Part shown: positions 10,334 through 20,305 of the stretch, piece after piece
Numbering within the stretch: the first letter of the stretch is position 1
Layout: every line of letters starts with the position of its first letter
Source: Candidatus Bathyarchaeota archaeon
GTDB taxonomy: Archaea; Thermoproteota; Bathyarchaeia; 40CM-2-53-6
Assembly (NCBI GenBank): GCA_963733055.1
Contig: CAVTBR010000003.1
Span: forward strand, 128,001 to 192,000
DNA: 64,000 nt
Reading direction: 5' to 3'
Program-made: the position numbers and the translations under genes
Notes under the pieces: generated by a model
What the model was told of the DNA's origin: nothing
Databases searched by the model: none
The model's input: the letters and a program-made list of their open reading frames with translations, nothing else

Positions 10334-11263
10334 TCAGCTCAGTTCTTGGAAGAGGCCGGTTACGTCACGGTTGTACAGGTCTTGCTTGGTGAGTGGCACT
10401 TCTTTGTATGCGGGCATTCGTGTCGCAATCATGTCTTCGAAAGTTGGTTCTTGAATTCTGTAGAACACTCCGATCGGAATCTTGTCGCCCCATTCGAATG
10501 ATCGTGCAATGCCTTGTACTTTCTTCTGGGTAACTTCGTTGGCGTCGGTCGGGTCCTTAACCATGCCATCGTAACCTGTGTCTTCGAGCTTGTATAGCCT
10601 AGGCGATTTCGTAGCTAGGTCGGCTCCGGCATACCATTCCTTTGTGTTGATGTCGTTGTACGTCGGGCAGGTTTGGAGTACGTCAACCAAGGCGCTGCCC
10701 CTGTGTAGAACCGCCGCCTTTAGCACCTCTTTCAGGTGCCTTACGTCTAGTGAGTAGCTTCTTGCAACGAATGTGTAGCCCGCAGTGATTGCGGTGGCGA
10801 TTGGATTGATTCCTTCAATTATGGCGGGAGCGGGCATCGATTTTGTTCGCAGCCCTTTCGGGAGAGTTGGTGACGATTGGCCCTTAGTCAGACCGTAGAC
10901 TTGGTTATCGTGTACTACGTATGTGAAGTCGAGATTTCGCCTTCCTGTGTGTAAGAAGTGGCCTGCTCCGATTCCGTACCCGTCGCCGTCTCCGCCGACA
11001 GCCACGACAGTCAGCGCGGTGTTGGAGAGTTTAGCTCCCGTTGCGATCGGTAGAGACCGTCCATGCAGCGTGTGGAAGCCGTAGGTGCCCACGAAGTGTG
11101 GTGTCTTGCCTGAGCATCCTATTCCTGAGAATATGGCGACGTTGTGTGGTTCCAGTTTCATCTCAAATAGAGCCATTTGGATTGCGTTGAGAATGCCGAA
11201 GTCTCCGCATCCAGGGCACCAGTCGTTGTGTACTTTCGTTCTGTAGTCTTTGAGTTCAAGCAT
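10334..11263 (-). CDS. 2-oxoacid:ferredoxin oxidoreductase beta subunit
   Basis: WCPGCGDF, GIGCS, HGR, GGDGD TPP motif, YGLTKGQ.SPT. Confidence 0.95.
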   Translation of the reverse strand: MLELKDYRTKVHNDWCPGCGDFGILNAIQMALFEMKLEPHNVAIFSGIGCSGKTPHFVGTYGFHTLHGRSLPIATGAKLSNTALTVVAVGGDGDGYGIGAGHFLHTGRRNLDFTYVVHDNQVYGLTKGQSSPTLPKGLRTKSMPAPAIIEGINPIATAITAGYTFVARSYSLDVRHLKEVLKAAVLHRGSALVDVLQTCPTYNDINTKEWYAGADLATKSPRLYKLEDTGYDGMVKDPTDANEVTQKKVQGIARSFEWGDKIPIGVFYRIQEPTFEDMIATRMPAYKEVPLTKQDLYNRDVTGLFQELS

Positions 11264-13109
11264 GAGCCATTACAACCTCCTTTGAACCATTCTTAATCGC
11301 ATCTTTAACGCCTTCGTACACTTCGTTCTGTGACATTGCTCGCCCGTTGAATTTCAGAACCTTGTGGTCTATGGCAATCCCTGTTTGTTCACGTATTATA
11401 GCTCCGAGTTGACCCGAATAGTTGCCTTCGACGAGCACCTTCCGAGTTGAGGTGGACAAGTATTTCGTGACAAGCTCGGTGGGGAATGGGCTCATGTATC
11501 TGACCTGTAGGAAGTTGCATCTGATCGCGTCGGCTTCAAGGTCTTCCATCCCATCAAGGATGGCTCCTTTGGTTGAGCCCCAACCAACTATCGTAACGTC
11601 CGCTTTCGGAGGGCCGAAGAAGTTAACCTTCTTTTCGTCCGGGATGAGCTCTGCCGCCAGTTGGATTTTGTGCATTCGTTTCTGCATCATCTTGATTCGA
11701 TTTTCAGAGTTCTCTGAAATGCCGCCCATCTCGTCGTGTTCGTCTCCGGTGGTGTGGAAGATCCCGCCCTTTGTTCCGGGTAGGCTTCGTGGCGAAATGC
11801 CTAGGGGAGTGAACTCGTACCGTTTGTACGGATTCTTAGTCGCAAGATCAGTTTCGCTTTCGATTGCTCCGCGGTCTATTTTCAGGTTATTTGAATCTGG
11901 AAGTGGGACGGTTCTATAGCTTGATGCGAGAAACTTGTCCGCGATGACTACGACGGGCATTTGGAATTTCTCGGCATAGTTGAATGCGTCAAACGTGTCG
12001 TAGAAGCATTCCATAACATCGCCTGGGGCGACAGCAATTCGAGGAAATTCGCCGTGGCCCGCGTGCAAAACAAATTGCAAGTCTCCTTGCTCAGTTCGCG
12101 TAGGGAGACCGGTAGAGGGTCCCGTCCTTTGCCAGAGAATTACAACAGGCCCGGGAGCTTCCGTGAGACCAGCCCAACCCAGCCCTTCAGCCATTAATGA
12201 GAACCCTGGTCCCGACGTGGAGGTGGAGGCACGAACGCCCGCGTGTGCCGCCCCGGTCGCCATGAGGACGGCGGAGATTTCATCCTCCGTCTGAACTACC
12301 ACGATATTGTAGTCTTTCTGGTGGTTTTCCAGGTATTCGCTCTCATCGGTAGCTGGCGTGATGGGATAGTAGGTCTGGAATGCGCATCCGGCTTTGAATT
12401 TTCCGATACCAATCGCCTGAACTCCTCTGATCACCATTCGTTTTTCGTTTGACGGCACAGGGTGAAGCTTGTACGCGAAACCGTCGTGAAAGTTGTTCTT
12501 GATGTAATCGTAGCCCTTCCGTGCCGCACTTACGTTAAGATCACCCAGAGCCGCTTTTCGGCCCTTGAAGCCATCCTTAATCGCTTCCGAGACTAAGGTG
12601 AAGTCGTAATCGATCAAGGCTGTCGAGGCACCGAACGCCACGGTGTTTGTCATTACCTGGTATTTGCTCAGTTCATGTTCGTGGCCTGTCTCCTTCAGAG
12701 AGCTGATCAGAACATCGAGGTATGGGACTGGATAGAGGTTTACGTCCGGCCTTCCGATATCCTCAGGTTTCAACCTTAAGGCTGCGTCGTAAACTATTGC
12801 CCCGCCTGGACTCACTTCGTTCTTATGTCCGCTATGGGTAGGGAATTCCTTGTGGATGTCACCGAACAAAGTTTCCTTATCCAGTGCTACCAGAAGGTCA
12901 ATCCAATCAACGTGAGACCGAATATCTCGCTCGGACGCACGCACCCGATAGTAGCTGTGTTCTCCCTTAATGTTTGAATGGTACTCGATGTTGGCGAATA
13001 TGTGCAGTCCGCCGCGTGCGCAGGATTTCGCGAACGTCTCCGCAACTGAATTGATGCCGCCACCCTGCGGTCCCCCTATAACCCAAGTTAGATTGTTTTC
13101 TTCAGGCAG
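11256..13109 (-). CDS. 2-oxoacid:ferredoxin oxidoreductase alpha subunit (gamma-alpha fusion), probable CTG start
   Basis: Frame extends upstream of ORF-track start to CTG at 13109 (LPEENNLTWVIGGPQGGG); YYPITPA, TSGPG motifs. Confidence 0.93.
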   Translation of the reverse strand: MPEENNLTWVIGGPQGGGINSVAETFAKSCARGGLHIFANIEYHSNIKGEHSYYRVRASERDIRSHVDWIDLLVALDKETLFGDIHKEFPTHSGHKNEVSPGGAIVYDAALRLKPEDIGRPDVNLYPVPYLDVLISSLKETGHEHELSKYQVMTNTVAFGASTALIDYDFTLVSEAIKDGFKGRKAALGDLNVSAARKGYDYIKNNFHDGFAYKLHPVPSNEKRMVIRGVQAIGIGKFKAGCAFQTYYPITPATDESEYLENHQKDYNIVVVQTEDEISAVLMATGAAHAGVRASTSTSGPGFSLMAEGLGWAGLTEAPGPVVILWQRTGPSTGLPTRTEQGDLQFVLHAGHGEFPRIAVAPGDVMECFYDTFDAFNYAEKFQMPVVVIADKFLASSYRTVPLPDSNNLKIDRGAIESETDLATKNPYKRYEFTPLGISPRSLPGTKGGIFHTTGDEHDEMGGISENSENRIKMMQKRMHKIQLAAELIPDEKKVNFFGPPKADVTIVGWGSTKGAILDGMEDLEADAIRCNFLQVRYMSPFPTELVTKYLSTSTRKVLVEGNYSGQLGAIIREQTGIAIDHKVLKFNGRAMSQNEVYEGVKDAIKNGSKEVVMAHA

Positions 13110-13238
13110 TCTTCATACCTTCCGATGGCTTTGCTGCATTCGACCGCGCTATTAGGTTTACGAGCCCTAAAACTCCTACCTCGAATACTCACGGCTAGGG
13201 GGGCGTTTGGCGCTGAAACGACATACATCGAGGCCCCC

Positions 13239-13655
13239 CTAGGCCTCGCCTATCGCCTGCAAAATAACATCTCGCCGTGACCTTGGTCCATCCAACTCGA
13301 CGAAGAAAATATTTTGCCAAGTCCCTCGCACAATCTTGTGGTTCATGATCGGAAACGTCCTCGCGTGACCCAAGAACGCAGATGCAAGATGCGAATCCGC
13401 ATTATCATCTATTTGATCATGCGAGTAGCCCGCAGATTCCGGGAACAGTGCCTCAATCTTGCTAAGCAAATCACTGAGCAAACCGGTCTCATGCTCGTTC
13501 GCCATAACCGCTGCTGTTGCATGGGGCACGCTTACCATGCAAATTCCATCTTTTACCCCCGACTCGCGCACAAACAATTCGACGTCAGATGTCAGATCGA
13601 TCAGTTGTCGCCTTCCCGAAGATTTCAGCGTCAAAACTTTGCTTGCAACAGCCAA
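13239..13655 (-). CDS. YjbQ family (secondary thiamine-phosphate synthase-like)
   Basis: H.TAA...NE, DNADSHL, GTWQ.IFFVELDGPR motifs. Confidence 0.9.
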   Translation of the reverse strand: MAVASKVLTLKSSGRRQLIDLTSDVELFVRESGVKDGICMVSVPHATAAVMANEHETGLLSDLLSKIEALFPESAGYSHDQIDDNADSHLASAFLGHARTFPIMNHKIVRGTWQNIFFVELDGPRSRRDVILQAIGEA

Positions 13656-13807
13656 ACAGTCACACCTGCTTATCACTAGAAGAAAGTCCGTTAGCGATAA
13701 TCATACCGAAATCGAGAAATACACAGTTTGAGAAGGGAAGGGTTAGGCAGCGCATTAGAAACGCAATTCAACGAGGAAACATTGCTCGACTAGGAGGTGA
13801 CAGATGC

Positions 13808-14140
13808 TTGGCACAAAGTGAGAGCTCTTCCGGCCCGAAGGAACAGGTACGCGCTAGAGAACCAATCCCGCCTGATACGATTCTGATAGGCAAGAAGCCG
13901 ATTATGGCATACGCGACGGCAATAATGATGCATTTGCAGTCCGGAGCGAAGATATTAACCGTCAAAGCGAGAGGACGATCCATAAGCACCGCAGTCGATG
14001 TCGTAGAAGTCACCCGCCGAAGATTCTTCGCGGGCAAACTAGCCATCAAAGAAATCAGCATCGGCACTCAGGTGATAGGCGACGCCGGAGACACAAGGAA
14101 CGTCTCTACAATCGAAATCAAACTTGAAAAGACGGCCTAA
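13808..14140 (+). CDS. albA: DNA/RNA-binding protein Alba
   Basis: ILIGKKP.M.Y, KARGR.IS.AVDV, RNVSTIEI; TTG start after GGAGGTG RBS. Confidence 0.92.
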   Translation: MAQSESSSGPKEQVRAREPIPPDTILIGKKPIMAYATAIMMHLQSGAKILTVKARGRSISTAVDVVEVTRRRFFAGKLAIKEISIGTQVIGDAGDTRNVSTIEIKLEKTA

Positions 14141-14482
14141 ACCGTCCGCGCGGCACTCAGATTGCCTCAATTCCCCAGTTTTGTTTATTCCTGGGCTATT
14201 CCACGTTCAATTGCGAAGGTTCGTCGGTTCGCTGAAGGCCTTCGGGTAATCAACGAACTCAAGGGTCCACAACTTTGTTTCCGACGAAGCGTTCCTTCCC
14301 TATTCTGTGTGAAGTCAGAATAGGGCGCTCATCGAGATCGTCAACGATGATTATGAGAAACAAGTTTCGATGACTCATCGATTCTTGACAGTTTTCTTTA
14401 ATGAAATTTGAATAGTATTCGTTCGAGTACGCAGAACAAACACCGGGAATTGTTGCAAGCACAAAAGTGGAGAAAAGAACGA

Positions 14483-15124
14483 ATGGACCATGGTTTCATG
14501 AAAGATTGGGATACCGAGTCAAGAGAGCCAGTGATGTCGAAGGTTGGAGCGCATTTCCACCATAAAACATCGACAAAAGAACAGGTATCTTCAGCCCTCT
14601 ATCGGCTCAAAACTCAACAAAACAAACTCGAATCGGCAGCCACTAGAATGCAGCAGCACGACAAGGAAATTTTCAATAAATGTGTCAGTTCTCAACTCGC
14701 GCACGATACTGCGCGAGCAGCGATGTACGCAAATGAGTGCGCAGAAGTGCGCAAAATGGCGAAGGTGACGTTACAATGCCAGATGGCACTAGAACAGGTA
14801 TCTCTTCGCCTAGAAACAATCGAGGAGTTTGGCGACGTCGCTCGAATGATGCTCCCCGTGGCTAATGTCGTACACTCGATCAAGAACCAGATCTCTGGGG
14901 TGATGCCCGAGGTAGGTTTCGAACTCGGCCAAATTGGTGAGGTACTCAGTGGTGTCGTGGATGACACTGGTGAAGTCTCAGGGGCCGCGTATGATACCAC
15001 CGCCCCAAGCGAAGAAGCCAACAGAATCCTGGGAGAGGCCAACACGATCGCCGACCAACACATCAGGGACAAATTCCCGGAACTCCCGAGCCAGAGAATC
15101 GGAGAACACGGAATATCACAATAG
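14483..15124 (+). CDS. ESCRT-III/Snf7 family cell division protein (CdvB paralog)
   Basis: A.MYANECAEVRKMAK, LEQV.LRLET..EFG, EA..IL.EA, FPELP. Confidence 0.9.
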   Translation: MDHGFMKDWDTESREPVMSKVGAHFHHKTSTKEQVSSALYRLKTQQNKLESAATRMQQHDKEIFNKCVSSQLAHDTARAAMYANECAEVRKMAKVTLQCQMALEQVSLRLETIEEFGDVARMMLPVANVVHSIKNQISGVMPEVGFELGQIGEVLSGVVDDTGEVSGAAYDTTAPSEEANRILGEANTIADQHIRDKFPELPSQRIGEHGISQ

Positions 15125-15127
15125 GAG

Positions 15128-15832
15128 ATGCTCAGAATGACCATTACCATCGAAGATATTGGCAGGTATCTCGGGCAACCAATTCAAGACTTGATGGGTC
15201 GACCGGCAGGGAAACTGGTCGGTCTTTCCGCCGGCGCGAAGTCCGAGGTTCAATCCATCCAAATCGCTCGACCTGAAGGAGACGTCAGCGAACAACCGAT
15301 CACATCCATCAGAATCATCGACGGACATCCCATTCTCCTACAGGCGTGGCGCGTCGAGGCCGAGGATCTGAAAAGAGAAAATGAGGTCATAAAACGCAGA
15401 CGACAAGCAATTGACTTGCTACTCAAGGACGGAGACATCGACCAATCCGAGTACAACCAACTAAGCAGCGGCTACGAAGACATCCATAAGGACATCATGA
15501 CCAAACGGGACAACCTTGTAGAGACAATGAAAAACGTTGAAGTCAAACTCGAGCAACAGATCAGAGACCTACAAACCGCACTAACGAATGACAAAATACT
15601 CTACACAGCTGCCGAAATCGATGCAATCACATACCAGACAGTAACTGAATCTTTGCGAACAGACTTAGAAATTTCAAGAAAGGAAAGGAAAGACATTGAG
15701 AACACACGCGAATCCCTGCATGACATCGACTCGCTAGAGATTCCGAAAGAAATTCCGAAGATAACTAATCAATCCTCGGCCCCGAACTACATCCCCGACG
15801 TCGTCGTAATCAAGATGCGCGAATCGGCCTAG
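15128..15832 (+). CDS. cdvA: CdvA-like cell division protein
   Basis: N-terminal PRC-barrel-like (YLGQPIQDLMGR..GKLVG), long coiled coil, C-terminal VVVIK strand; precedes cdvB-cdvC. Confidence 0.85.
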   Translation: MLRMTITIEDIGRYLGQPIQDLMGRPAGKLVGLSAGAKSEVQSIQIARPEGDVSEQPITSIRIIDGHPILLQAWRVEAEDLKRENEVIKRRRQAIDLLLKDGDIDQSEYNQLSSGYEDIHKDIMTKRDNLVETMKNVEVKLEQQIRDLQTALTNDKILYTAAEIDAITYQTVTESLRTDLEISRKERKDIENTRESLHDIDSLEIPKEIPKITNQSSAPNYIPDVVVIKMRESA

Positions 15833-15842
15833 ACATAGGGAT

Positions 15843-16649
15843 GTGTCCGCCTTCTTCCCTATCTTCAGGAGAGTCGAAGACAAACTGCACCCTGTTCCGT
15901 TGAAAGAGCGAATCGTACACGCTTCTTTTAGACTTCACTCTCAACTAGAAAAACTAGATCACATGTACACTAAACTACACCAGCGCGACACTGACCTATT
16001 TCAACGGTGTGTTGGAGCCCAGGCGTCAAACGACCCGGGGCATGCCAAAATCTTCGCTAACGAGTGCGCCGAGATCCGCAAAATCGCAAAAGTCGTACTC
16101 GCGAGTCAACTTGCGCTTGAGAGGGTAATCCTACGATTAGAAACGGTAGAAGAATTCAGCGAGGTCATGGTGGAAATAAGCCCACTCATGTCCATCGTAA
16201 AGGAAACAAAATCCAAGATCTCCGGCATAGTTCCACAAGTCGCGACCGAGCTAGACGAAGTAAACAACCTACTCGGAGACCTAACGGATGAAGCCGGCGA
16301 CGTCACTTCGAACACTTTCACCATTGAGACCAACGACGACGAGGCGAAGAAGGTTCTCGAGGAAACTGGCATCATAGCTGAGCAGAAAGTCCGCGACCAT
16401 TTCCCCGATCTATCAGCGGTCGAATCAAAACCACAGGCAAAGTCAGAGCCCATACCGGAATTCGCGACTCTGATGCCCGATATCCCCGATATGGAGGCTG
16501 GAATCGAAGAAAGGGTCGTCGATTATGCGAAGAAACACAACGGGGAACTCAATATAACATCATGCGCACAAGATATTGGCAAATCACCTGAAGAAGTGAA
16601 AGTCGCAATCCTAAGGCTAAGAGACACTGGGAAGGTTGCCATCGAGTAA
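15843..16649 (+). CDS. cdvB: CdvB (ESCRT-III core with C-terminal winged-helix)
   Basis: FANECAEIRK, LERV.LRLET core; C-terminal wH-like VVDYAKKHNGELNI..CA..IG.S.EEV...I.RL...GKV. Confidence 0.9.
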   Translation: MSAFFPIFRRVEDKLHPVPLKERIVHASFRLHSQLEKLDHMYTKLHQRDTDLFQRCVGAQASNDPGHAKIFANECAEIRKIAKVVLASQLALERVILRLETVEEFSEVMVEISPLMSIVKETKSKISGIVPQVATELDEVNNLLGDLTDEAGDVTSNTFTIETNDDEAKKVLEETGIIAEQKVRDHFPDLSAVESKPQAKSEPIPEFATLMPDIPDMEAGIEERVVDYAKKHNGELNITSCAQDIGKSPEEVKVAILRLRDTGKVAIE

Positions 16650-16669
16650 CCGAGCAGATGTGATCGTCC

Positions 16670-17818
16670 ATGCAGGTCTCGGCATCCCAGGAACTTGAAC
16701 AAATGGCGGCTCGGTTCGCAAACGAAGCCGTACAGTTTGACAAACAAGGCGTGCGATCGAATGCAATCTCACGTTACGAACGCACAACCGAGATCCTTCT
16801 GAAATTGTGCAGCCTATACCCAGAGGCCCCCCAGAATCGACTCTACATGCAGCAAATTGAAAACTGCAAACGTAGAGTGAAAGAACTCAAGAACGGCACC
16901 GTTCAGCTTGACGACACCGACAGTTCGCAAATTAGGCGTCAACCTAAACTGGACCAATTGATTCTGACCGAGAAACCAGATGTAAAATGGAACGAGATAG
17001 CCAACTTACATGATGCTAAGAAAGCGATAGAAGAATCAATAGTCTTTCCACTTCGAAGAGCTGACCTTTTTCCACTCGGCTGGCCAAGAGGAATTTTATT
17101 CTTCGGACCGCCGGGGTGCGGCAAGACACTCCTCGCCGCAGCCATAGCGACCGAGATTGAAGCCGTGTTCTACAGGGTGGATGCACCAGCGATAATGTCA
17201 AAGTGGTTGGGTGAATCTGAAAAGAACGTGGCGGAACTCTTCACGTCCGCCCACAAGGCCTCCACTGATGGGCATCCCGTAATCATATTCATTGACGAAG
17301 TAGACTCGCTCGTCGGAATCAGGGGCGACGAGGTCGGTGGTGAGGTTAGAACCCGAAACCAGTTCCTTCAAGAAATGGACAGCATCCTCGACAAAAAGAA
17401 CCCGAGTCACGTCTACATCATAGGAGCCACAAACAAACCGTGGGCGCTAGACGAACCATTCATCCGCAGATTCCAAAAGCGGATCTACATTCCCCTTCCT
17501 GGCCCAGAAGCCAGGCGGGAAATGTTTGACATTTATGCAAAGAATCTGAGGCTTGCCAAAGACGTTGACCGGGACGCCCTGGTACAGAAGACGGGCGGGT
17601 ATTCAGGGAGCGACTTTCGTGACATATTCCAAGGCGCTCAGACGCGGGTCGTGCGAGAGTTCTTTGAAAAAGACGTTCACATTCACGATTCCAAAGGTCA
17701 AGCACGCTACATCACAATGGACGACTTTAGTGCGATACTGATGAGACGTAAGCCAAGCGTCTCGCCGCAAATGCTCGGATTGTACGATAAGTGGTTTGAA
17801 ACTTACAAGGCACTTTGA
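16670..17818 (+). CDS. cdvC: Vps4/CdvC AAA+ ATPase with N-terminal MIT domain
   Basis: MIT-like N-terminus, WPRGILFFGPPGCGKT, SKWLGESEK, IDEVD, RRFQKRIY. Confidence 0.93.
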   Translation: MQVSASQELEQMAARFANEAVQFDKQGVRSNAISRYERTTEILLKLCSLYPEAPQNRLYMQQIENCKRRVKELKNGTVQLDDTDSSQIRRQPKLDQLILTEKPDVKWNEIANLHDAKKAIEESIVFPLRRADLFPLGWPRGILFFGPPGCGKTLLAAAIATEIEAVFYRVDAPAIMSKWLGESEKNVAELFTSAHKASTDGHPVIIFIDEVDSLVGIRGDEVGGEVRTRNQFLQEMDSILDKKNPSHVYIIGATNKPWALDEPFIRRFQKRIYIPLPGPEARREMFDIYAKNLRLAKDVDRDALVQKTGGYSGSDFRDIFQGAQTRVVREFFEKDVHIHDSKGQARYITMDDFSAILMRRKPSVSPQMLGLYDKWFETYKAL

Positions 17819-17832
17819 GGAGAAAATAAAGA

Positions 17833-18330
17833 ATGTTAGACGCAATAGACTACAAGATCTTGGCGGAACTGGTGGACAACGCGAAATCTTCCTTCGCCGA
17901 GATCGGACGAAAATTGAGCCTTCACCCGAACGTAGTAGCCTACAGAGTGAACAAGCTCGAAAGGAGTGGGGTAATCAAGGATTACACTGCTGGACTGGAC
18001 CTTGAGAAGCTTGGAGTCGCCGAACAGATACTAGTAGGCGCAAGTTTTCCACGCGACGCCGGCCGCGACGACATAATAGACAAGATCGCAGCCATCCCAC
18101 AAACAGTCAAGGTTGTGAGTTCGCTCGGCGAACCTGAAAGTCTCGTTTTCCTAGTTGGAAAGAACAAGACCGAGATAGAGAAGTTAATGACTAAACTCAG
18201 ATCGTTAGACATCAAAATTCAGTACACGGGTTCCATAATCCGAACCTTTGAGGAAGGCAGACTAGGGAACTTCCTCAAAATTCTCGCTCGTGAACACGAG
18301 ACTGCGGAAATTCAGAACGGAACATTATGA
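17833..18330 (+). CDS. Lrp/AsnC family transcriptional regulator
   Basis: LD.IDYKIL.EL..NAK.SF.EI...L....V.YRV.KLE..GVI. Confidence 0.9.
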   Translation: MLDAIDYKILAELVDNAKSSFAEIGRKLSLHPNVVAYRVNKLERSGVIKDYTAGLDLEKLGVAEQILVGASFPRDAGRDDIIDKIAAIPQTVKVVSSLGEPESLVFLVGKNKTEIEKLMTKLRSLDIKIQYTGSIIRTFEEGRLGNFLKILAREHETAEIQNGTL

Positions 18331-18346
18331 AGGGGGGATAGATAGA

Positions 18347-18952
18347 ATGTTCAAGGAAAGAACACCGTTATCCAAGAAGATTAAGGAAGCCATACGACCC
18401 ACACCCATGAGAAAACGGATAAGCGAATGCCTCTTCAAACTAAAGCTGCAAGGACGAAAACTTGAGAGAACTTCATACCACATGCAACAACGCGACCAAG
18501 CACTGTACGGCAAATGCGTCTTAGCGGTTCAGGGCAAGAATACCGAATTAGCATCCATGTACGCAAACGAATGCGCTGAACTCAGAAAGATGGCGAAGGT
18601 AGTGTTACACAGCGAACTCGCACTGGAACAAGTAACCCTGAGACTAGAGACGGTCAACGAATTCGGCCAGGTCGCATACACAATGCTACCAGTCGTCGGG
18701 GTCGTGAGAACATTGAAATCACAGTTGGAAGGCGTCCTGCCCGAAGTTTCAATGGAACTATCGCAGGTTAACGAAACCCTCGAAGGGCTAACCATGGAGG
18801 TCGGTGAGGCTACGGAAAACAGCTTCGACCTATCAGCTTCAAGCGGAGAATCGCAGAAAATACTGACCGAAGCGAACTTCGTCGCAGAGCAGAAGATGAA
18901 GGAACGATTCCCGGAGCTCCCGCCAATACCCACAAGCGAAGCACGCGTGTAA
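18347..18952 (+). CDS. ESCRT-III/Snf7 family cell division protein (CdvB paralog)
   Basis: MYANECAELRKMAK, LEQVTLRLET, FPELP; ATG 18347 after GGGGG RBS-like run. Confidence 0.9.
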   Translation: MFKERTPLSKKIKEAIRPTPMRKRISECLFKLKLQGRKLERTSYHMQQRDQALYGKCVLAVQGKNTELASMYANECAELRKMAKVVLHSELALEQVTLRLETVNEFGQVAYTMLPVVGVVRTLKSQLEGVLPEVSMELSQVNETLEGLTMEVGEATENSFDLSASSGESQKILTEANFVAEQKMKERFPELPPIPTSEARV

Positions 18953-19002
18953 GGCAAAACCCAAAACCCCCTCTCTTCTCTTATTTTCTTTAGGGACCGA
19001 AC

Positions 19003-20277
19003 CTAGGACGGTATTCTCTGAAACGGAAACATGAAGACGAAAATGTAGACCACCACAGCCAGGTAGAAAATTATCACCCACTTGGGTAGCTTCGTGTCGG
19101 CTATCATGTACGCGATTGCGGCGCATACGGCGGGTACGGCACCGAGAAAGTAGAATAGGTATGTGACCCGTTGTCCAAAGATGACGGCCGGGTAGAAGGG
19201 CAGGTAGGTTACGGAGAACAAGGCCAGTGAGACTAGGCTAAGATCGTCACGTCTCTGGTAGTAGTTGTATGAGCAGTATAGTAGAGCAGGAATTGTCAAG
19301 AACGAAATTGCGGGGTTCATAGCGCCGAGGAAGCTTACTGAAACGTAATTGCTGGGCGTTGCCCCGGTGGTTTGTACGCTAACTCTCAGGTACGGAATCG
19401 TAATTTGATTCAACAGCCACTGCCACGGGCAACTTATGATCCCACTCGGGCAGGCGGAAGTGAGTGCGGATGAGTAGTTCAGTATGTATTTGATGTGTTC
19501 CCAGGGGTAAGAGAACCCGACGAAGAGTCTATCCATAACAGTGAGCAGAAGGAAGAAGACGACAAGGTAGGTAATTGTGTATTTCTCAAACCAGGAGAAG
19601 AATTTGTCCCACATCTTTCTCTTCGTCGGATCGTTGATGAATTTGACTAGGTGCACACCGACAATCAACGCGAACCCCGCTATCCCCGTTATCTTGGTTA
19701 GGGCACTTAGGGCCATTCCCATTGCGCTTAGGTATGAATGGCCGGAAAAATACCAGTAGATTCCCAGCAACATGAACCCGAGGGCAAAGATATCCAAGGT
19801 GGCAATTCTGCTGTGAACGAATACTAGGTTATCAAAGGAGAAGAGGAATACGGATATTATTGGAATAGCTTCTTGCTTTGATATTTTCTTCATGAGAAGG
19901 TAGAATGCAAGAATCGAGATCGAGCCGAAGATTACACTGGGAATCCGCCAGCCGTATCCATTGTTTCCTAGCGTATACATCGAGAAAGCGATGAGCAGCT
20001 TGGCTAGGGGAGGATGTTCGTGGTTAGGATCTAGCCCGAGGGGAACATTGACGTAGGGTGGTTGGCCGTTTGCTCCCACACTTTGAGGAAGGTGTAAGAT
20101 TACTCTTGCTACGTTTACGTAGTACCACTCATCGAAGATCAATGAACCTGGAGGTTGCTCTAACCAGATCAAGCGCAGGATTATGTCGACTACGAAGAGA
20201 ATCAGGAAGATCTGATCGTACCGGTTGGTTAGGCTCAGGTCTAGGTGCAAGTAACTTCTGATGTCGGGCCAGGTCAT
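19003..20277 (-). CDS. GT-C/GT39 (PMT-like) glycosyltransferase
   Basis: FDEWYY, EHPPLAK, GWR, SRIATLD motifs, multiple TM helices. Confidence 0.88.
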   Translation of the reverse strand: MTWPDIRSYLHLDLSLTNRYDQIFLILFVVDIILRLIWLEQPPGSLIFDEWYYVNVARVILHLPQSVGANGQPPYVNVPLGLDPNHEHPPLAKLLIAFSMYTLGNNGYGWRIPSVIFGSISILAFYLLMKKISKQEAIPIISVFLFSFDNLVFVHSRIATLDIFALGFMLLGIYWYFSGHSYLSAMGMALSALTKITGIAGFALIVGVHLVKFINDPTKRKMWDKFFSWFEKYTITYLVVFFLLLTVMDRLFVGFSYPWEHIKYILNYSSALTSACPSGIISCPWQWLLNQITIPYLRVSVQTTGATPSNYVSVSFLGAMNPAISFLTIPALLYCSYNYYQRRDDLSLVSLALFSVTYLPFYPAVIFGQRVTYLFYFLGAVPAVCAAIAYMIADTKLPKWVIIFYLAVVVYIFVFMFPFQRIPS

Positions 20278-20305
20278 TTTTGACGATAATTTGCTAGACA
20301 ATCGT

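Noticed and set aside
13517-13807. Long N-terminal extension of Alba (207-aa ORF)
   Set aside because: It overlaps yjbQ on the opposite strand; a GGAGGTG RBS supports TTG 13808.
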